Position numbers and translations under genes: made by a program. From Deinococcales bacterium (GTDB taxonomy: Bacteria; Deinococcota; Deinococci; Deinococcales; JAAFIG01): a stretch of DNA of 62,536 bases. The notes below the pieces were generated by a model. The model did not search any database and was not told the DNA's origin. It saw nothing but the letters and a program-made list of their open reading frames with translations. The stretch lies in assembly GCA_043778225.1 (NCBI GenBank), contig JAYWGM010000098.1, positions 1 to 62,536 on the forward strand, given 5' to 3'. Every line of letters starts with the position of its first letter. Position 1 is the stretch's first letter. Positions 43,597 to 53,594 of this stretch are shown one piece after another.

Positions 43597-44435
43597 AAAA
43601 ACCATTCACCCTACTCGAGACCGTGGCACTGATTATCGTTGCGATTGGCGCGTTGCTGGCAGTCTTTCCATTTTACTGGATGTTTAGTTCTGCCACTCGA
43701 GCCTCGGCGGATGTCTTGGGGATTCCACCGCGCTTAGATTTTGGGGCAGCCTTGTGGGACAACATCCAAACACTCATCGGCAAGGGTTTTTTACGTTCGA
43801 TTTGGAATTCTACGTTTATCGCGGCACTTGATACGGTTGGGACATTGTTGGTGGCAAGCATGGCTGGATTTGCCTTAACCCAATACCGTTTTAAGACTCG
43901 AGAATTTATTTTTGGCTTATTCTTACTGACTTTAATCGTTCCACCACAAGTCACGATTGTGCCGCTTTTTCAGTTAATGGCTGGGCAGAATCCGTTTGGT
44001 TTGAATTTATTAGGCACACCTTGGGCAATTATTTTACCAGCTTTATCCAGTAGTTTTGCGATTTTTTTTATGCGTCAGGCTTTTCAAAAATACCCGCCCG
44101 AACTGAGCGATGCGGCTCGAGTAGATGGCGCAAATGATTGGATTGTGTTTTGGAAAATTGCTCTGCCGACAATGCGCCCAAGTCTGGCAGCCCTGAGTAT
44201 TTTTGTGTTTTTGGGGCAGTGGAATAGTTTTTTCTTGCCACTGATTATGAATGGCAACAACACCGACGGACGCACCTTGCCCTTGGCAATCTCGAGCTTG
44301 ATTGGTGAAAACGAAATTGACTATGGGGCGCTGATTACAGGCACAGCAATTTCGGTACTTCCTGTGCTGATTTTCTTTTTGTTCGCCCAGCGCTTGTTTG
44401 TTTCTGGGGCATTATCTGGGTCAGTCAAAGGATAA
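43593..44435 (+). CDS. Sugar ABC transporter permease
   Basis: TM helices and EAA-like motif (ELSDAARVDGA). Confidence 0.93.
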   Translation: MKKPFTLLETVALIIVAIGALLAVFPFYWMFSSATRASADVLGIPPRLDFGAALWDNIQTLIGKGFLRSIWNSTFIAALDTVGTLLVASMAGFALTQYRFKTREFIFGLFLLTLIVPPQVTIVPLFQLMAGQNPFGLNLLGTPWAIILPALSSSFAIFFMRQAFQKYPPELSDAARVDGANDWIVFWKIALPTMRPSLAALSIFVFLGQWNSFFLPLIMNGNNTDGRTLPLAISSLIGENEIDYGALITGTAISVLPVLIFFLFAQRLFVSGALSGSVKG

Positions 44436-44438
44436 CTG

Positions 44439-44652
44439 ATACCAAATTGTGTTAATCAGTCGCGTATTTTGACTGATTAACCGACTAAGCGACCCTGCCC
44501 GTGAGGTGCGTGTTTAGGGTCAAGAAAAGGAGTGACAACGAAACCGAATTAACATTTGAAGCGCGAACAGCCCGCAAGGTGCTGTCTTGTGAGCAAGAAC
44601 GACAGTTTGACCGTTTTTTGGGCAAACGAGAGTGATTAAGTTAATTCGGTAT
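44439..44652 (+). mobile_element. MITE-like repeat (imperfect TIR ATACC.AATT..TTAATCA) with two mini-element inserts
   Basis: Matches the 1-97 copy apart from inserts at 44489-44526 and 44561-44599. Confidence 0.8.
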
Positions 44653-44702
44653 GGGCTTTATTAAAAACTCTTTACGTCTCGAGTGAAGAAAAGGAAGACA
44701 TC

Positions 44703-46802
44703 ATGGATATTGAAAAAAAAGCTCAAGCAGTTTTAGATGGTTTGACCCTCGAGCAAAAATGTGCCGCCATGTCTGGCAATACGCCATTCTGGAAAGGACT
44801 TTCTGATTTACTCTTGGATGGTGGTTACGAAAATCACCCTTGGAAAGGCGGGGTTTTAGACCATCCCGATGTACCAGAAATTCGTTTTTCCGATGGTCCT
44901 CGAGGCGTGGTGGTTGGCATCAGCACGACTTTTCCTGTTTCAATCGCACGTGGCGCAACTTGGGACACCAATCTCGAAGCACGCATTGGGGCAGTCATCG
45001 GACTCGAGGCAAGAGCAGAAGGCGCAACCCTTTATGGTGGGGTCTGCATTAACTTGTTGCGTCATCCAGCTTGGGGACGCGCCCAAGAAACTTACGGCGA
45101 AGACAGTTTTATGCTCGGCGAGTTTGGCGTGGCATTGACTCAGGGCGCGCAACAACACCTGATGGCTTGTGTTAAACATTTTGCCCTCAACAGCATGGAA
45201 AATGCGCGTTTTAGCGTCGATGTCAAGATTTCGCCACGAGCGCTGCATGAAGTCTATTTGCCACATTTCAAACGCACCATCGAGGCGGGTGTTGCCAGTG
45301 TGATGAGTGCCTATAACAGCGTCAATGGGCAGTGGGCGGGTCACTCGAGCGAGTTGCTGCAAGGCATTCTGAAAGACCGTTGGGGTTTTAAGGGGTTTGT
45401 CACGACCGACTGGATTTTTGGAATGCGTGATGCAAAACTGGCAGCCCTGGGTGGGCAAGACCTCGAGATGCCTTTTTTAATGCACTTTCATACTGATTTA
45501 CTGCCTCTGGTAAAATCTGGCGAAATTCCAGAAGCCCGAATAGACGATGCGCTGCTGCGAATGCTGCGGATGCAATTGCGTTTTATTCGTACCGAACCCG
45601 TAGAAAAAACCGTCAAAGCCAGCCCAGCCCATATTGCACTGGCTCGAGAGGCTGCCGAAAAAAGCATTGTGTTGCTTAAAAATGGGATTTTACCACTCGA
45701 GAAAAACACCAAAATCGCCGTGATTGGACATTTAGCCAACACGATTAACACTGGCGATGGTGGCTCGAGTCGCACCAACAGCCCCTATGTGATTACGCCA
45801 CTCGAGGGAGTCCATACAGCCTTTGATCATGTCGTATTTGACGATGGCTCAAACCTTGAAAGCGCCCAAGCTGTGGCTCGAGCCGCCGATATCGTGCTGC
45901 TGGTGGTCGGTTATACCAAAGAACACGAAGGCGAATTTTTAAGCCCAGACAGCACCAGTGGCTTACGTTCGATGTTTCCAGCCCCAGCCGACCCCGACGA
46001 AACAGCCTTAGCCCAAGATGTTGCCAGTGGCTTAGCCGCCAGACTGGTGTCCGAAGGAAAATTTGCCAGAGGCGGAGACCGTGCCAGTTTAGGTTTGCTC
46101 CCCGAAGATCAAGCCCTGATTCATGCCATCTCGAGTACCCATAAAAAGGTAGTTGTGGCAATTATGGCGGGCAGTGCGGTTTTAATGAACGCTTGGCAGG
46201 AAGATGTTTCGAGTATTTTGCTGCTTTGGTATCCTGGCATGGAAGGCGGTCATGCCCTCGCCGATGTGCTGCTTGGGACAGTCAATCCAAGTGGCAAATT
46301 ACCATTCAGTATTGCCCAAGACGAAACACACTATCCACACTTTGACCGTGCAGCCTCCAGCATCGAATACGACCTTTGGCATGGCTACCGCAAACTCGAG
46401 CGCGATGGCAACAAGGCTGCTTATCCATTTGGTTTTGGAATGTCCTACACAAATTATAGCTATAAAAACATGATGCTCGAGAAAACCAATACCAGCCTTA
46501 AAATCTCGCTTGAGGTGCATAACATAGGTTCTCGAGATGGCGAAGAGATTGTACAAATTTATGTTGGTGCGCTTGGCTCAAAAGTCGAACGCGCCAAAAA
46601 AGAACTCAAAGCCTTTGCGCGGGTTTTTGTTCCGTTAGGACAAGCCAAATTGGTGTCACTTGAAGTAAAATTCGAGGATTTACGGTACTTTGACGAGCCA
46701 CAAAATGACTTTATTCTAGAAGCCCTCGAGTACGAAATTATCGCGGCTCGGCACAGCGCCGACACCGATGCGTTGCGTGCAAAATTCCTGATTTTGAATT
46801 GA
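44703..46802 (+). CDS. GH3 beta-glucosidase
   Basis: SDGPRG, GRAQETYGED, KHFA, MSAYN, nucleophile TDW, PFGFGMSYT, C-terminal Fn3-like domain. Confidence 0.93.
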   Translation: MDIEKKAQAVLDGLTLEQKCAAMSGNTPFWKGLSDLLLDGGYENHPWKGGVLDHPDVPEIRFSDGPRGVVVGISTTFPVSIARGATWDTNLEARIGAVIGLEARAEGATLYGGVCINLLRHPAWGRAQETYGEDSFMLGEFGVALTQGAQQHLMACVKHFALNSMENARFSVDVKISPRALHEVYLPHFKRTIEAGVASVMSAYNSVNGQWAGHSSELLQGILKDRWGFKGFVTTDWIFGMRDAKLAALGGQDLEMPFLMHFHTDLLPLVKSGEIPEARIDDALLRMLRMQLRFIRTEPVEKTVKASPAHIALAREAAEKSIVLLKNGILPLEKNTKIAVIGHLANTINTGDGGSSRTNSPYVITPLEGVHTAFDHVVFDDGSNLESAQAVARAADIVLLVVGYTKEHEGEFLSPDSTSGLRSMFPAPADPDETALAQDVASGLAARLVSEGKFARGGDRASLGLLPEDQALIHAISSTHKKVVVAIMAGSAVLMNAWQEDVSSILLLWYPGMEGGHALADVLLGTVNPSGKLPFSIAQDETHYPHFDRAASSIEYDLWHGYRKLERDGNKAAYPFGFGMSYTNYSYKNMMLEKTNTSLKISLEVHNIGSRDGEEIVQIYVGALGSKVERAKKELKAFARVFVPLGQAKLVSLEVKFEDLRYFDEPQNDFILEALEYEIIAARHSADTDALRAKFLILN

Positions 46803-46805
46803 GTT

Positions 46806-47207
46806 TTACTCGGCAAGTTTTTTACCCAAAGCACCATAAATCCGAATAGATTTGTGGTGCTTTAACTCGAGTTTTGCCCCAAACAACCAAAAATTTTGGG
46901 TTGGCTTGATGCTTTGCACATCCGTCCACGGGATATACAAACGCGGATGGGCAAACTTAAAAAACCAAATTGGCTCGAGAAAAAGCCCGTCTTGATTCTC
47001 CCAAACATTTAAGCAATTTCGGTAAGAAGCAATTCCAATTCGAGCCGTGATAAGTGCATGGTGTGTTCCGGTTGGGTTGTCTCGAGTTTCCCAGTACGTC
47101 CCAAATCCTGCCCAGCCAAACTGTGAAATCAGCCAAATTACCCCAAGCCAAAAAAGAGGAAAGATGGCAAAGAAAGCCATGGGAATCCAAAAAAATGTGC
47201 TATCCAT
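46806..47207 (-). CDS. Hypothetical membrane protein
   Basis: N-terminal TM, HPRLYIPW; start at MDSTFF. Confidence 0.65.
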   Translation of the reverse strand: MDSTFFWIPMAFFAIFPLFWLGVIWLISQFGWAGFGTYWETRDNPTGTHHALITARIGIASYRNCLNVWENQDGLFLEPIWFFKFAHPRLYIPWTDVQSIKPTQNFWLFGAKLELKHHKSIRIYGALGKKLAE

Positions 47208-47241
47208 ACTCTTTAGAATGCCACAAATCTCGAGACAACTG

Positions 47242-47781
47242 TCACCAAAATTTCCAGAACGGCTTTTTGTCAAAGCCAGTTTGACGCAAAACAATCGGCT
47301 CGAGAACCACCGACTGCATTAAACGTTGCAATTCGGCTCTGGCTCGAGTCAAGCCATGGGCTGGGTGCAAAGCATCGGCTGCCACACTCAAATTCTCGCG
47401 CTGTAACGTCTCGAGTGCCTGAATTTTCAGGACAAAACTGCCATCCTTAAACGGCAATGCAAGGCTCGAGACAAAGGTCAAACCCGTGGGTTTAGCTGGT
47501 GCAACCATGGTTAAGTAAATCGCCTTGACAGCCGCTACGGTTTGTACCTCGAAGTCCAGCACTTCGGCATTCTGGGTTTTAGCGGCTCGAGCATAATAAT
47601 CTTTTAAGCCGCTTAAATCCGACAATTGCACAGGAATATCTGGCTTGGTCGCAAATGCCCTAAGCTCGAGAACATCGTTAAAGCCGTTTAGCCAAAGTTT
47701 ACGGCTCGGTTCGTTTTTACGCAACATCAAACCCGATTCGTTAAGGCTCAAATTTAAGGTGACAAAAACACTCATATTCAA
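47242..47781 (-). CDS. Hypothetical protein
   Basis: Open frame overlapping the DUF433 gene; HPAHGL.RAR and terminal KKPFWKFW. Confidence 0.65.
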   Translation of the reverse strand: MNMSVFVTLNLSLNESGLMLRKNEPSRKLWLNGFNDVLELRAFATKPDIPVQLSDLSGLKDYYARAAKTQNAEVLDFEVQTVAAVKAIYLTMVAPAKPTGLTFVSSLALPFKDGSFVLKIQALETLQRENLSVAADALHPAHGLTRARAELQRLMQSVVLEPIVLRQTGFDKKPFWKFW

Positions 47782-47972
47782 TTAGAACGCCATACAGCAT
47801 ACTCGAGTGCAGCTTGAATATCCTCGAGTTCTAAATACGGATATGCCTCCAGAATTTTAGTGTTTGAGTATCCAGAAGCAAGTAAACCAACCACTGTTCC
47901 AACAGTGACACGCATTCCACGAATACAGGCTTTTCCACCCATTACCAAAGGATTGAAGGTGATTCGATTCAT
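47778..47972 (-). CDS. DUF433 domain protein (antitoxin-like)
   Basis: RITFNP.VMGGKACIRGMRVTV, YPYLELEDI.AAL. Confidence 0.88.
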   Translation of the reverse strand: MNRITFNPLVMGGKACIRGMRVTVGTVVGLLASGYSNTKILEAYPYLELEDIQAALEYAVWRSN

Positions 47973-48012
47973 ATTTCTACTATACCTGATTGATTGCGGT
48001 AAACTCGAGCCT

Positions 48013-48708
48013 ATGAAAATTAACGTCTTGTTCTTTGCTCATCACCGCCGAGCGACTGGGATTCCCGAAACGAGTCTATCTGTTCCTGACGGCTCGAGTG
48101 TTAAAGTTATTGCCGATTTAATTGCCCTACAATTCAACCTTAATTTCAAAGGCAGCATGATTGCCGTCAACGATGCCTATGCCAGCCCAGAACAAATTCT
48201 CGAGAACAACGACACAATTGCTTTTATTCCCCCAGTCTCGGGTGGCTCAGTTCCCCCAGTCTCGGGTGGCTCGAACGATGATGTTTTTTTAGTCACAGAA
48301 CAGCCATTACAACTCGAGGATTTACACGCCCACCTGACCAAAGCCGAATGGGGCGGGCAAGCGATGTTTACAGGTTCGACTCGCAGCCCGAACAAAGGTC
48401 AAACCATTGTTCATCTCGAGTACGAAGCCTATCCTGCTTTTTGTCTGGCAGAGATGCAACGCATTGCCCTCAAAGCTCGAGAACAATTTGAACTCGGGCG
48501 AATTGTTATGGCGCACCGAACTGGCATAGTTTTACCAGCCCAAGTCTCGATTTTTATTGGGGCTGCCAGCAGCCATCGCCGCGCCTGTCTCGAGGCAGTT
48601 CCATGGATGCTCGATGAAGCCAAAACCCGATTGCCTGTTTGGAAACTCGAGATTACACAACATGGCGAGCGCTGGGTCGAAGGCAGCACCGCCGCGCCAA
48701 CCTTATGA
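48013..48708 (+). CDS. moaD-moaE: Molybdopterin synthase MoaD-MoaE fusion
   Basis: MKINVLFFA..AVN..PPVSGG followed by MoaE motifs F.G, LEYEAY, HRTG, HR, PVWK. Confidence 0.92.
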   Translation: MKINVLFFAHHRRATGIPETSLSVPDGSSVKVIADLIALQFNLNFKGSMIAVNDAYASPEQILENNDTIAFIPPVSGGSVPPVSGGSNDDVFLVTEQPLQLEDLHAHLTKAEWGGQAMFTGSTRSPNKGQTIVHLEYEAYPAFCLAEMQRIALKAREQFELGRIVMAHRTGIVLPAQVSIFIGAASSHRRACLEAVPWMLDEAKTRLPVWKLEITQHGERWVEGSTAAPTL

Positions 48709-49445
48709 AACCCGAAGATATTCTCGAACAACATGGGCTTTTTGATGTCCTCGAGCCTGCTGTTAGCCTTGCCAACACGGTTTTTATTGGACAGCATTAC
48801 GTGGTGCGAATCGCCAAGTATGAACACGCTGACCATACTCGAGAAGCTGAGATTGCACTTCATGCCGTTGAGTTAGGTATTCGTACTGCCAAGCCATTGT
48901 TCTGGGCTAAAAATTACAGCATTTACCAGCGTTTAGACGGCTCAAGCGCCACGCCTGACGTACCAAAGGCTGTCTGGCTCGAGATGCTGGATGACTTAAA
49001 AAAATTTCATGCTATTCCTTTTGAACCAAGAACCCTCGAGTCCATGTACTGGGATGGCGCACTGCATTTGCTTGAATCTATTTTTGCGGCTGACCTCTCC
49101 CCTATCCAATTGCGTCTGGCTCGAGAAATGCTACAACCACACACCTCGAGTAACTTGGTTTTTGCTCATGCCGATGCTTGGCGCAGTAATGTCATGGTCA
49201 AAGATAATCAGTACGTTGGTCTGATTGACTGGGGCAATGCGTCTTGGCAGTCGCTTGAGCGCGAAATGGCATGGCTCGAGGATACAGCGCTGACTTTGGC
49301 ACTCGAGCAATTTGATTTTAACTTACCGCAACTGTATGCGCGTCGGCTCGAGATTATGCTGCTGGCTGGAATGAGTGGACGCGGTAGGATTGAAGATGTT
49401 CGGCGTGTTCTCGAGTGGTTCGATGGTGTTACTCTAAACCTATGA
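48705..49445 (+). CDS. APH/choline kinase-like phosphotransferase
   Basis: HADAWRSNV, LIDWG. Confidence 0.78.
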   Translation: MKPEDILEQHGLFDVLEPAVSLANTVFIGQHYVVRIAKYEHADHTREAEIALHAVELGIRTAKPLFWAKNYSIYQRLDGSSATPDVPKAVWLEMLDDLKKFHAIPFEPRTLESMYWDGALHLLESIFAADLSPIQLRLAREMLQPHTSSNLVFAHADAWRSNVMVKDNQYVGLIDWGNASWQSLEREMAWLEDTALTLALEQFDFNLPQLYARRLEIMLLAGMSGRGRIEDVRRVLEWFDGVTLNL

Positions 49446-50143
49446 GCTTTACCCGTGAACAACTCAAACGGTACTCGAGACAGATTCTCCTGCCTGAAAT
49501 TGGCTTAAATGGCACGGAACGCCTGCGTGACTCGAGTGTCTTGGTGATTGGCGCGGGTGGCTTGGGCAGTCCTGTCTTAACCTATCTGACCTCAAGCGGC
49601 GTAGGTCGTATTCGCATTGCCGAAGCCGATACACTCGAGGTTTCTAATTTGCAGCGCCAGTTCTTGTACAGTACCGAAGCTGTGGGGCAGCCGAAACTCG
49701 AGTTGGCGGTTCAGCGCCTTAAAGCCTTCAACCCCGAAATCCGTCTCGAGCCAGTTGGAAAATTTGACTCGAGCAACGCCAGCGATTTGATTGGCTCGAG
49801 TACCGTGACGGTGGATTGCTCCGATACTTTCCAAACACGGTTACTTGTTTCTGACACCGCCAGCCAACTCGAGAAAACGTGGGTTTGGGGGGCAGCCGAA
49901 GGGTTTACGGGCATGACAGCCGTTTTTAACTCGGGTTTAACCTTGCGCCAAGCCTTCCCCGAGGCTGAGCCGACCGAAAACTGCGATACGATTGGCGTTT
50001 TTGCGCCGCTTCTTGGGGTGATTGGGTCTTTAATGGCGGGTTCGGCTTTGCGTTTACTGCTTGGTCTCGAGGTCAAACACAGCCAATTAACCATTTTTGA
50101 TGCCCTCGACTCGAGTTTTCGTAGCATCAAGTTAAAGCCCTAA
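49442..50143 (+). CDS. MoeB/ThiF family adenylyltransferase
   Basis: RYSRQILL, GAGGLGS, SNLQRQ, DCSD, ENC..IGV. Confidence 0.9.
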   Translation: MSFTREQLKRYSRQILLPEIGLNGTERLRDSSVLVIGAGGLGSPVLTYLTSSGVGRIRIAEADTLEVSNLQRQFLYSTEAVGQPKLELAVQRLKAFNPEIRLEPVGKFDSSNASDLIGSSTVTVDCSDTFQTRLLVSDTASQLEKTWVWGAAEGFTGMTAVFNSGLTLRQAFPEAEPTENCDTIGVFAPLLGVIGSLMAGSALRLLLGLEVKHSQLTIFDALDSSFRSIKLKP

Positions 50144-50391
50144 AATCCAAAGAATAGCTCGAGACCAAGCTCACTCTTCGCTTTTCACTTTCCTCTGCCA
50201 TTTCTGGCTTTGGGCATATGTCCTCGCACTAATCTTAGAAACTGTAGCCAGAGCGTCGGACTCGTTAGCCCTGTTTGTCCTTTGGGTTTTTCGGATAAGC
50301 TGTAGCTCGTTAGGCAATACAACTTTTATTCGCGCCACCTCGAGTCTGACTTGGGGTCGTGTTGCACGAAAGAAAGGAAGGAGGAGGGGTC

Positions 50392-50709
50392 TTGGAAGCC
50401 AACACTGGGGTTTTGAAAGAACTTGCAATGCGTGAAGCACAACTCATGGCTAAGGTATCGCAGGTCAAAGAAGATGCGCTTAAACTCGTTTCGGATGCCG
50501 AAAGCAAAGCCAAAGAGCTATTGGCAAAAGCCGATGCTGATGTCAATGCGTTAGAAGCCGAATACAAGCAAAAGCGCGAAGGCGAGGAAAAGTCTATTTT
50601 TGAAGCTGGAATAGCCGCCGCAAAAATGACAGCCGATGCAGTATCAAGTGCCGCCGCAGGCAAAATTGCGGGGGCAGTGCAAGTTATTGTCTCGAAGGTT
50701 TTGCCCTAA
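50392..50709 (+). CDS. V/A-type ATP synthase subunit G
   Basis: First gene of the operon; coiled coil ending VLP; AGGAGG then TTG start. Confidence 0.8.
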   Translation: MEANTGVLKELAMREAQLMAKVSQVKEDALKLVSDAESKAKELLAKADADVNALEAEYKQKREGEEKSIFEAGIAAAKMTADAVSSAAAGKIAGAVQVIVSKVLP

Positions 50710-50723
50710 AGGAGTTTAGGAAA

Positions 50724-52694
50724 ATGGCGATTGCAGAAATGTCCGAAATCCTAATTCTCGGACGAAAACGAGATAATCTCGAGGTCATTCGGGCGCTCCA
50801 AGACGCAGCCGTGGTGCAAATTGACCCACTCGAAGACAGCCAAATCCCCAAGGGGGTTTTGCTTGGCGCAGACGCGGAACGAAAAGCAAAATTAGAAAGA
50901 ATGTTGGCGCGTACCGAATCGGCTTTGGCAGCCATGGGTGCGTCTGATACATTGCCAGACCCAAGTAAGCTGCGCGGTATCGAACTCGAACCCTTGCTCG
51001 AAGAAGTTGGTAAGCGCTCCGATGTTTTGGCGCTCGAGAAATCTGAGTTAAGCCAAGAATTGAGCGCCATTGGTTCGTTTCAAAGTACGGCTCGGGTGCT
51101 GGGCGAACTGGCGGCTGGGCTTGGCAAGAGTGGTCGCTTGGTGGCAATTGGTTTTACTGTCTCGGACAACAAAGAACTCGAGAAGTTAAAGGCGGCTTTA
51201 ACCGAAGCCAAAATCAATTTTGAACTTGGTCATCAGCCAAGTGGTAAAACTTCCGCCGCCGTGCTGGCGGTTCGCGCTCAAGACGCAGCCGTGGCTCGCA
51301 GTGCTGTCTCGAGGGCTGGACTTGCCGAATTACGCTTTCCGGGGCGTTTTGAAGGTCTAGCTTATTCGGAAGCCGCTGCCTTAATGGAACAACGCGCCAA
51401 AACCTCGCCCGAAGAAATGCAGGGCATTTTACAGAGCATCGAGGGTCTTAAAGCCCAGCACGCCAGTACCTTGGCGGCGGCTCGAGTCGAACTCAAAGAC
51501 GAATTAGCCCGTTTTGAAGCAGTCAGTTCAAGCGTGGCGGGCAAGTACGGTTTTGCCTTACGTGGCTGGATTCCAAAGGCAAATCATGCCCAACTCGAGC
51601 AGGCACTTACGCCGCTTAAAGGGCAGGTTATTTATCAGTTCTCAGATGCGCCGCACCACCATGCCGACCATGTGCCAGTTAAATTAGTCAACAACAGTTT
51701 TGTTAAACCATTTGAAATGCTGATTGGAGTGGTGCCACTTCCAGCATATGGCACTTTCGATCCATCATGGGTGCTGGCAATCTGCTTCCCACTGTTCTTT
51801 GGCTGGATTATCGGTGATATTGGCTTGGGTGCTATTTCAGTGGTGGTGTCGTTTTGGCTGGCTGCCCAGAGCAAGGCTGGTAAAACCCTCAACATCGATT
51901 TGTTCGGCGCTAAACTCGCTCCGCAAGTGCTGGCAAATATCTCGCATATTTTGCTTTGGATGGGCATTTCGAGCATGATTTTTGGTGTAGTCTTCGGTGA
52001 AATGTTCGGCACCTTGGGCGAGCATATCGGACTGTTTAAGTTCGCTGGCGAAACCCAGTCGGCATTGATTACCGCACCTATCCATCGTGTTTCCCCTGAA
52101 GCCGCATCCATTATGATTCTCATTTCACTGATTCCGGGTGTGCTGCAAGTGCTGGGCGGTTGGTTCCTTCGCGCCCAACTCGGCTTTAAGCACAATGACA
52201 AGCCGCATTTGTTTGAAGGTATCGGAATGTTTTTGGGTGTCGTAGGGCTGCTTCCTTGGGTTGGGCAATTTGCCTTGGGTTGGACAATGCCAAGCTGGAT
52301 GATTCTTGTCCAACTTGGACTGATCATCTTTGGTGTGTTTGTGCTTGGCACAATTGCCAAAAAGACGCTGATTATGGGTATTGAAATGGTTTCAAATTTC
52401 AGTAACCTTTTGTCTTATTTGCGTCTTTACGCAGTGGGTCTGTCGGGTGCGGCTCTGGCAAACTTCGCCACAGATGCGGGTTGGAGTTGGGGGAATAGCC
52501 AAGGCAATATTCTCGGCATTGTTGGAGGAATTGTCATTGCCACGATTTTGCATTTGGCGTTCATCGCTTTGACGATTATCGGACACATGCTTACACCACT
52601 TCGTTTGCACCTTGTTGAGTTCTTCACCAAATTTGGTTACTACGACCATGCTGGTCGCGCTTATCGCCCTCTCGCAAAAATTAGCAACAAATAA
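50724..52694 (+). CDS. atpI: V/A-type ATP synthase subunit I
   Basis: GDIG.G, GEMFG, LSYLRLYAVG, RLHLVEFFTKF. Confidence 0.95.
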   Translation: MAIAEMSEILILGRKRDNLEVIRALQDAAVVQIDPLEDSQIPKGVLLGADAERKAKLERMLARTESALAAMGASDTLPDPSKLRGIELEPLLEEVGKRSDVLALEKSELSQELSAIGSFQSTARVLGELAAGLGKSGRLVAIGFTVSDNKELEKLKAALTEAKINFELGHQPSGKTSAAVLAVRAQDAAVARSAVSRAGLAELRFPGRFEGLAYSEAAALMEQRAKTSPEEMQGILQSIEGLKAQHASTLAAARVELKDELARFEAVSSSVAGKYGFALRGWIPKANHAQLEQALTPLKGQVIYQFSDAPHHHADHVPVKLVNNSFVKPFEMLIGVVPLPAYGTFDPSWVLAICFPLFFGWIIGDIGLGAISVVVSFWLAAQSKAGKTLNIDLFGAKLAPQVLANISHILLWMGISSMIFGVVFGEMFGTLGEHIGLFKFAGETQSALITAPIHRVSPEAASIMILISLIPGVLQVLGGWFLRAQLGFKHNDKPHLFEGIGMFLGVVGLLPWVGQFALGWTMPSWMILVQLGLIIFGVFVLGTIAKKTLIMGIEMVSNFSNLLSYLRLYAVGLSGAALANFATDAGWSWGNSQGNILGIVGGIVIATILHLAFIALTIIGHMLTPLRLHLVEFFTKFGYYDHAGRAYRPLAKISNK

Positions 52695-52710
52695 TCCTTT
52701 GGAGGATGTT

Positions 52711-53022
52711 ATGAAAAAAGCCATTAAATTCTTATTGCCCGCCCTCGCACTCGCCCTTCTCTCGAGCATCGGTTTAGCCGCCGAAGGCGCAACCGCTGGA
52801 CTGAATGATGGTAACGGCTTGGCTGCCATTGGCGCAGGCTTGGCACTTGGTTTAGCGGGTATTGGTGCAGGTATTGGTCTGGGTCAAATCGGTTCAGCTG
52901 CCGCAGGCGCAGTCGCCGAGAAGCCCAGCATGTTCGGTCAAATGCTCATTTACTTGGCACTCCCAGAATCCATCGTGATTATCGGCTTCGTTATTGCCAA
53001 CACCCTTGCCGGTAAGGTCTAA
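52711..53022 (+). CDS. atpK: V/A-type ATP synthase proteolipid subunit K/L
   Basis: Leader, Gly-rich helix, LPES carboxylate; GGAGG RBS. Confidence 0.92.
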   Translation: MKKAIKFLLPALALALLSSIGLAAEGATAGLNDGNGLAAIGAGLALGLAGIGAGIGLGQIGSAAAGAVAEKPSMFGQMLIYLALPESIVIIGFVIANTLAGKV

Positions 53023-53023
53023 T

Positions 53024-53593
53024 ATGGCTGACCTTGCCAAACTGCTCGAAAGCGAAGCCAGTGCCGAAATCGAAACGATTTTAGCAGAAGCCCGCAGTCG
53101 TGCTGATGGCATCGTAAAGCAAGCCGAAGAACAAGCGAAAAGCATTCTCGAGGGTAAGCGTCGCGCCCTCGAGAATGAACTGTCCGCCGCGAGGGTACGT
53201 GCCAAAAGCGCGTCTGATCTCGAGGGTTCAGCGCTGAAGCTCGGAGCGAGCCACGGTGCGAGTCAGCAAGCCTTTGTGAGTGCCGAATCGGAATTGCGTA
53301 ATTTTACGAAATCCGCCGAGTACGGCAATGTTTTAGAGAAATTGATTCGTGAAGCCAGCAGTGCTTTAGGTGGTTTAAGTAAACTCGAGGTTCATTCAAC
53401 TGACCTTGAAATTGCTAAAAAAGCGGCGGCGGCGGCTGGTTTACAAATCGAAGTTCATGCCAATAACCAAATTGAAACTGGTATTCGCGGTGTTGGGCTT
53501 AGTGGCTCGAGCAGCGTTACCAACACGCTCCTTGGGCGCTTAGCCAGAGCCAAAGACGGTTTGTTAGCCGACGTTGCAAAGGTACTGGGTTAA
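53024..53593 (+). CDS. atpE: V/A-type ATP synthase subunit E
   Basis: Operon position, N-terminal coiled coil, VTNTL..RL. Confidence 0.88.
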   Translation: MADLAKLLESEASAEIETILAEARSRADGIVKQAEEQAKSILEGKRRALENELSAARVRAKSASDLEGSALKLGASHGASQQAFVSAESELRNFTKSAEYGNVLEKLIREASSALGGLSKLEVHSTDLEIAKKAAAAAGLQIEVHANNQIETGIRGVGLSGSSSVTNTLLGRLARAKDGLLADVAKVLG

Positions 53594-53594
53594 T

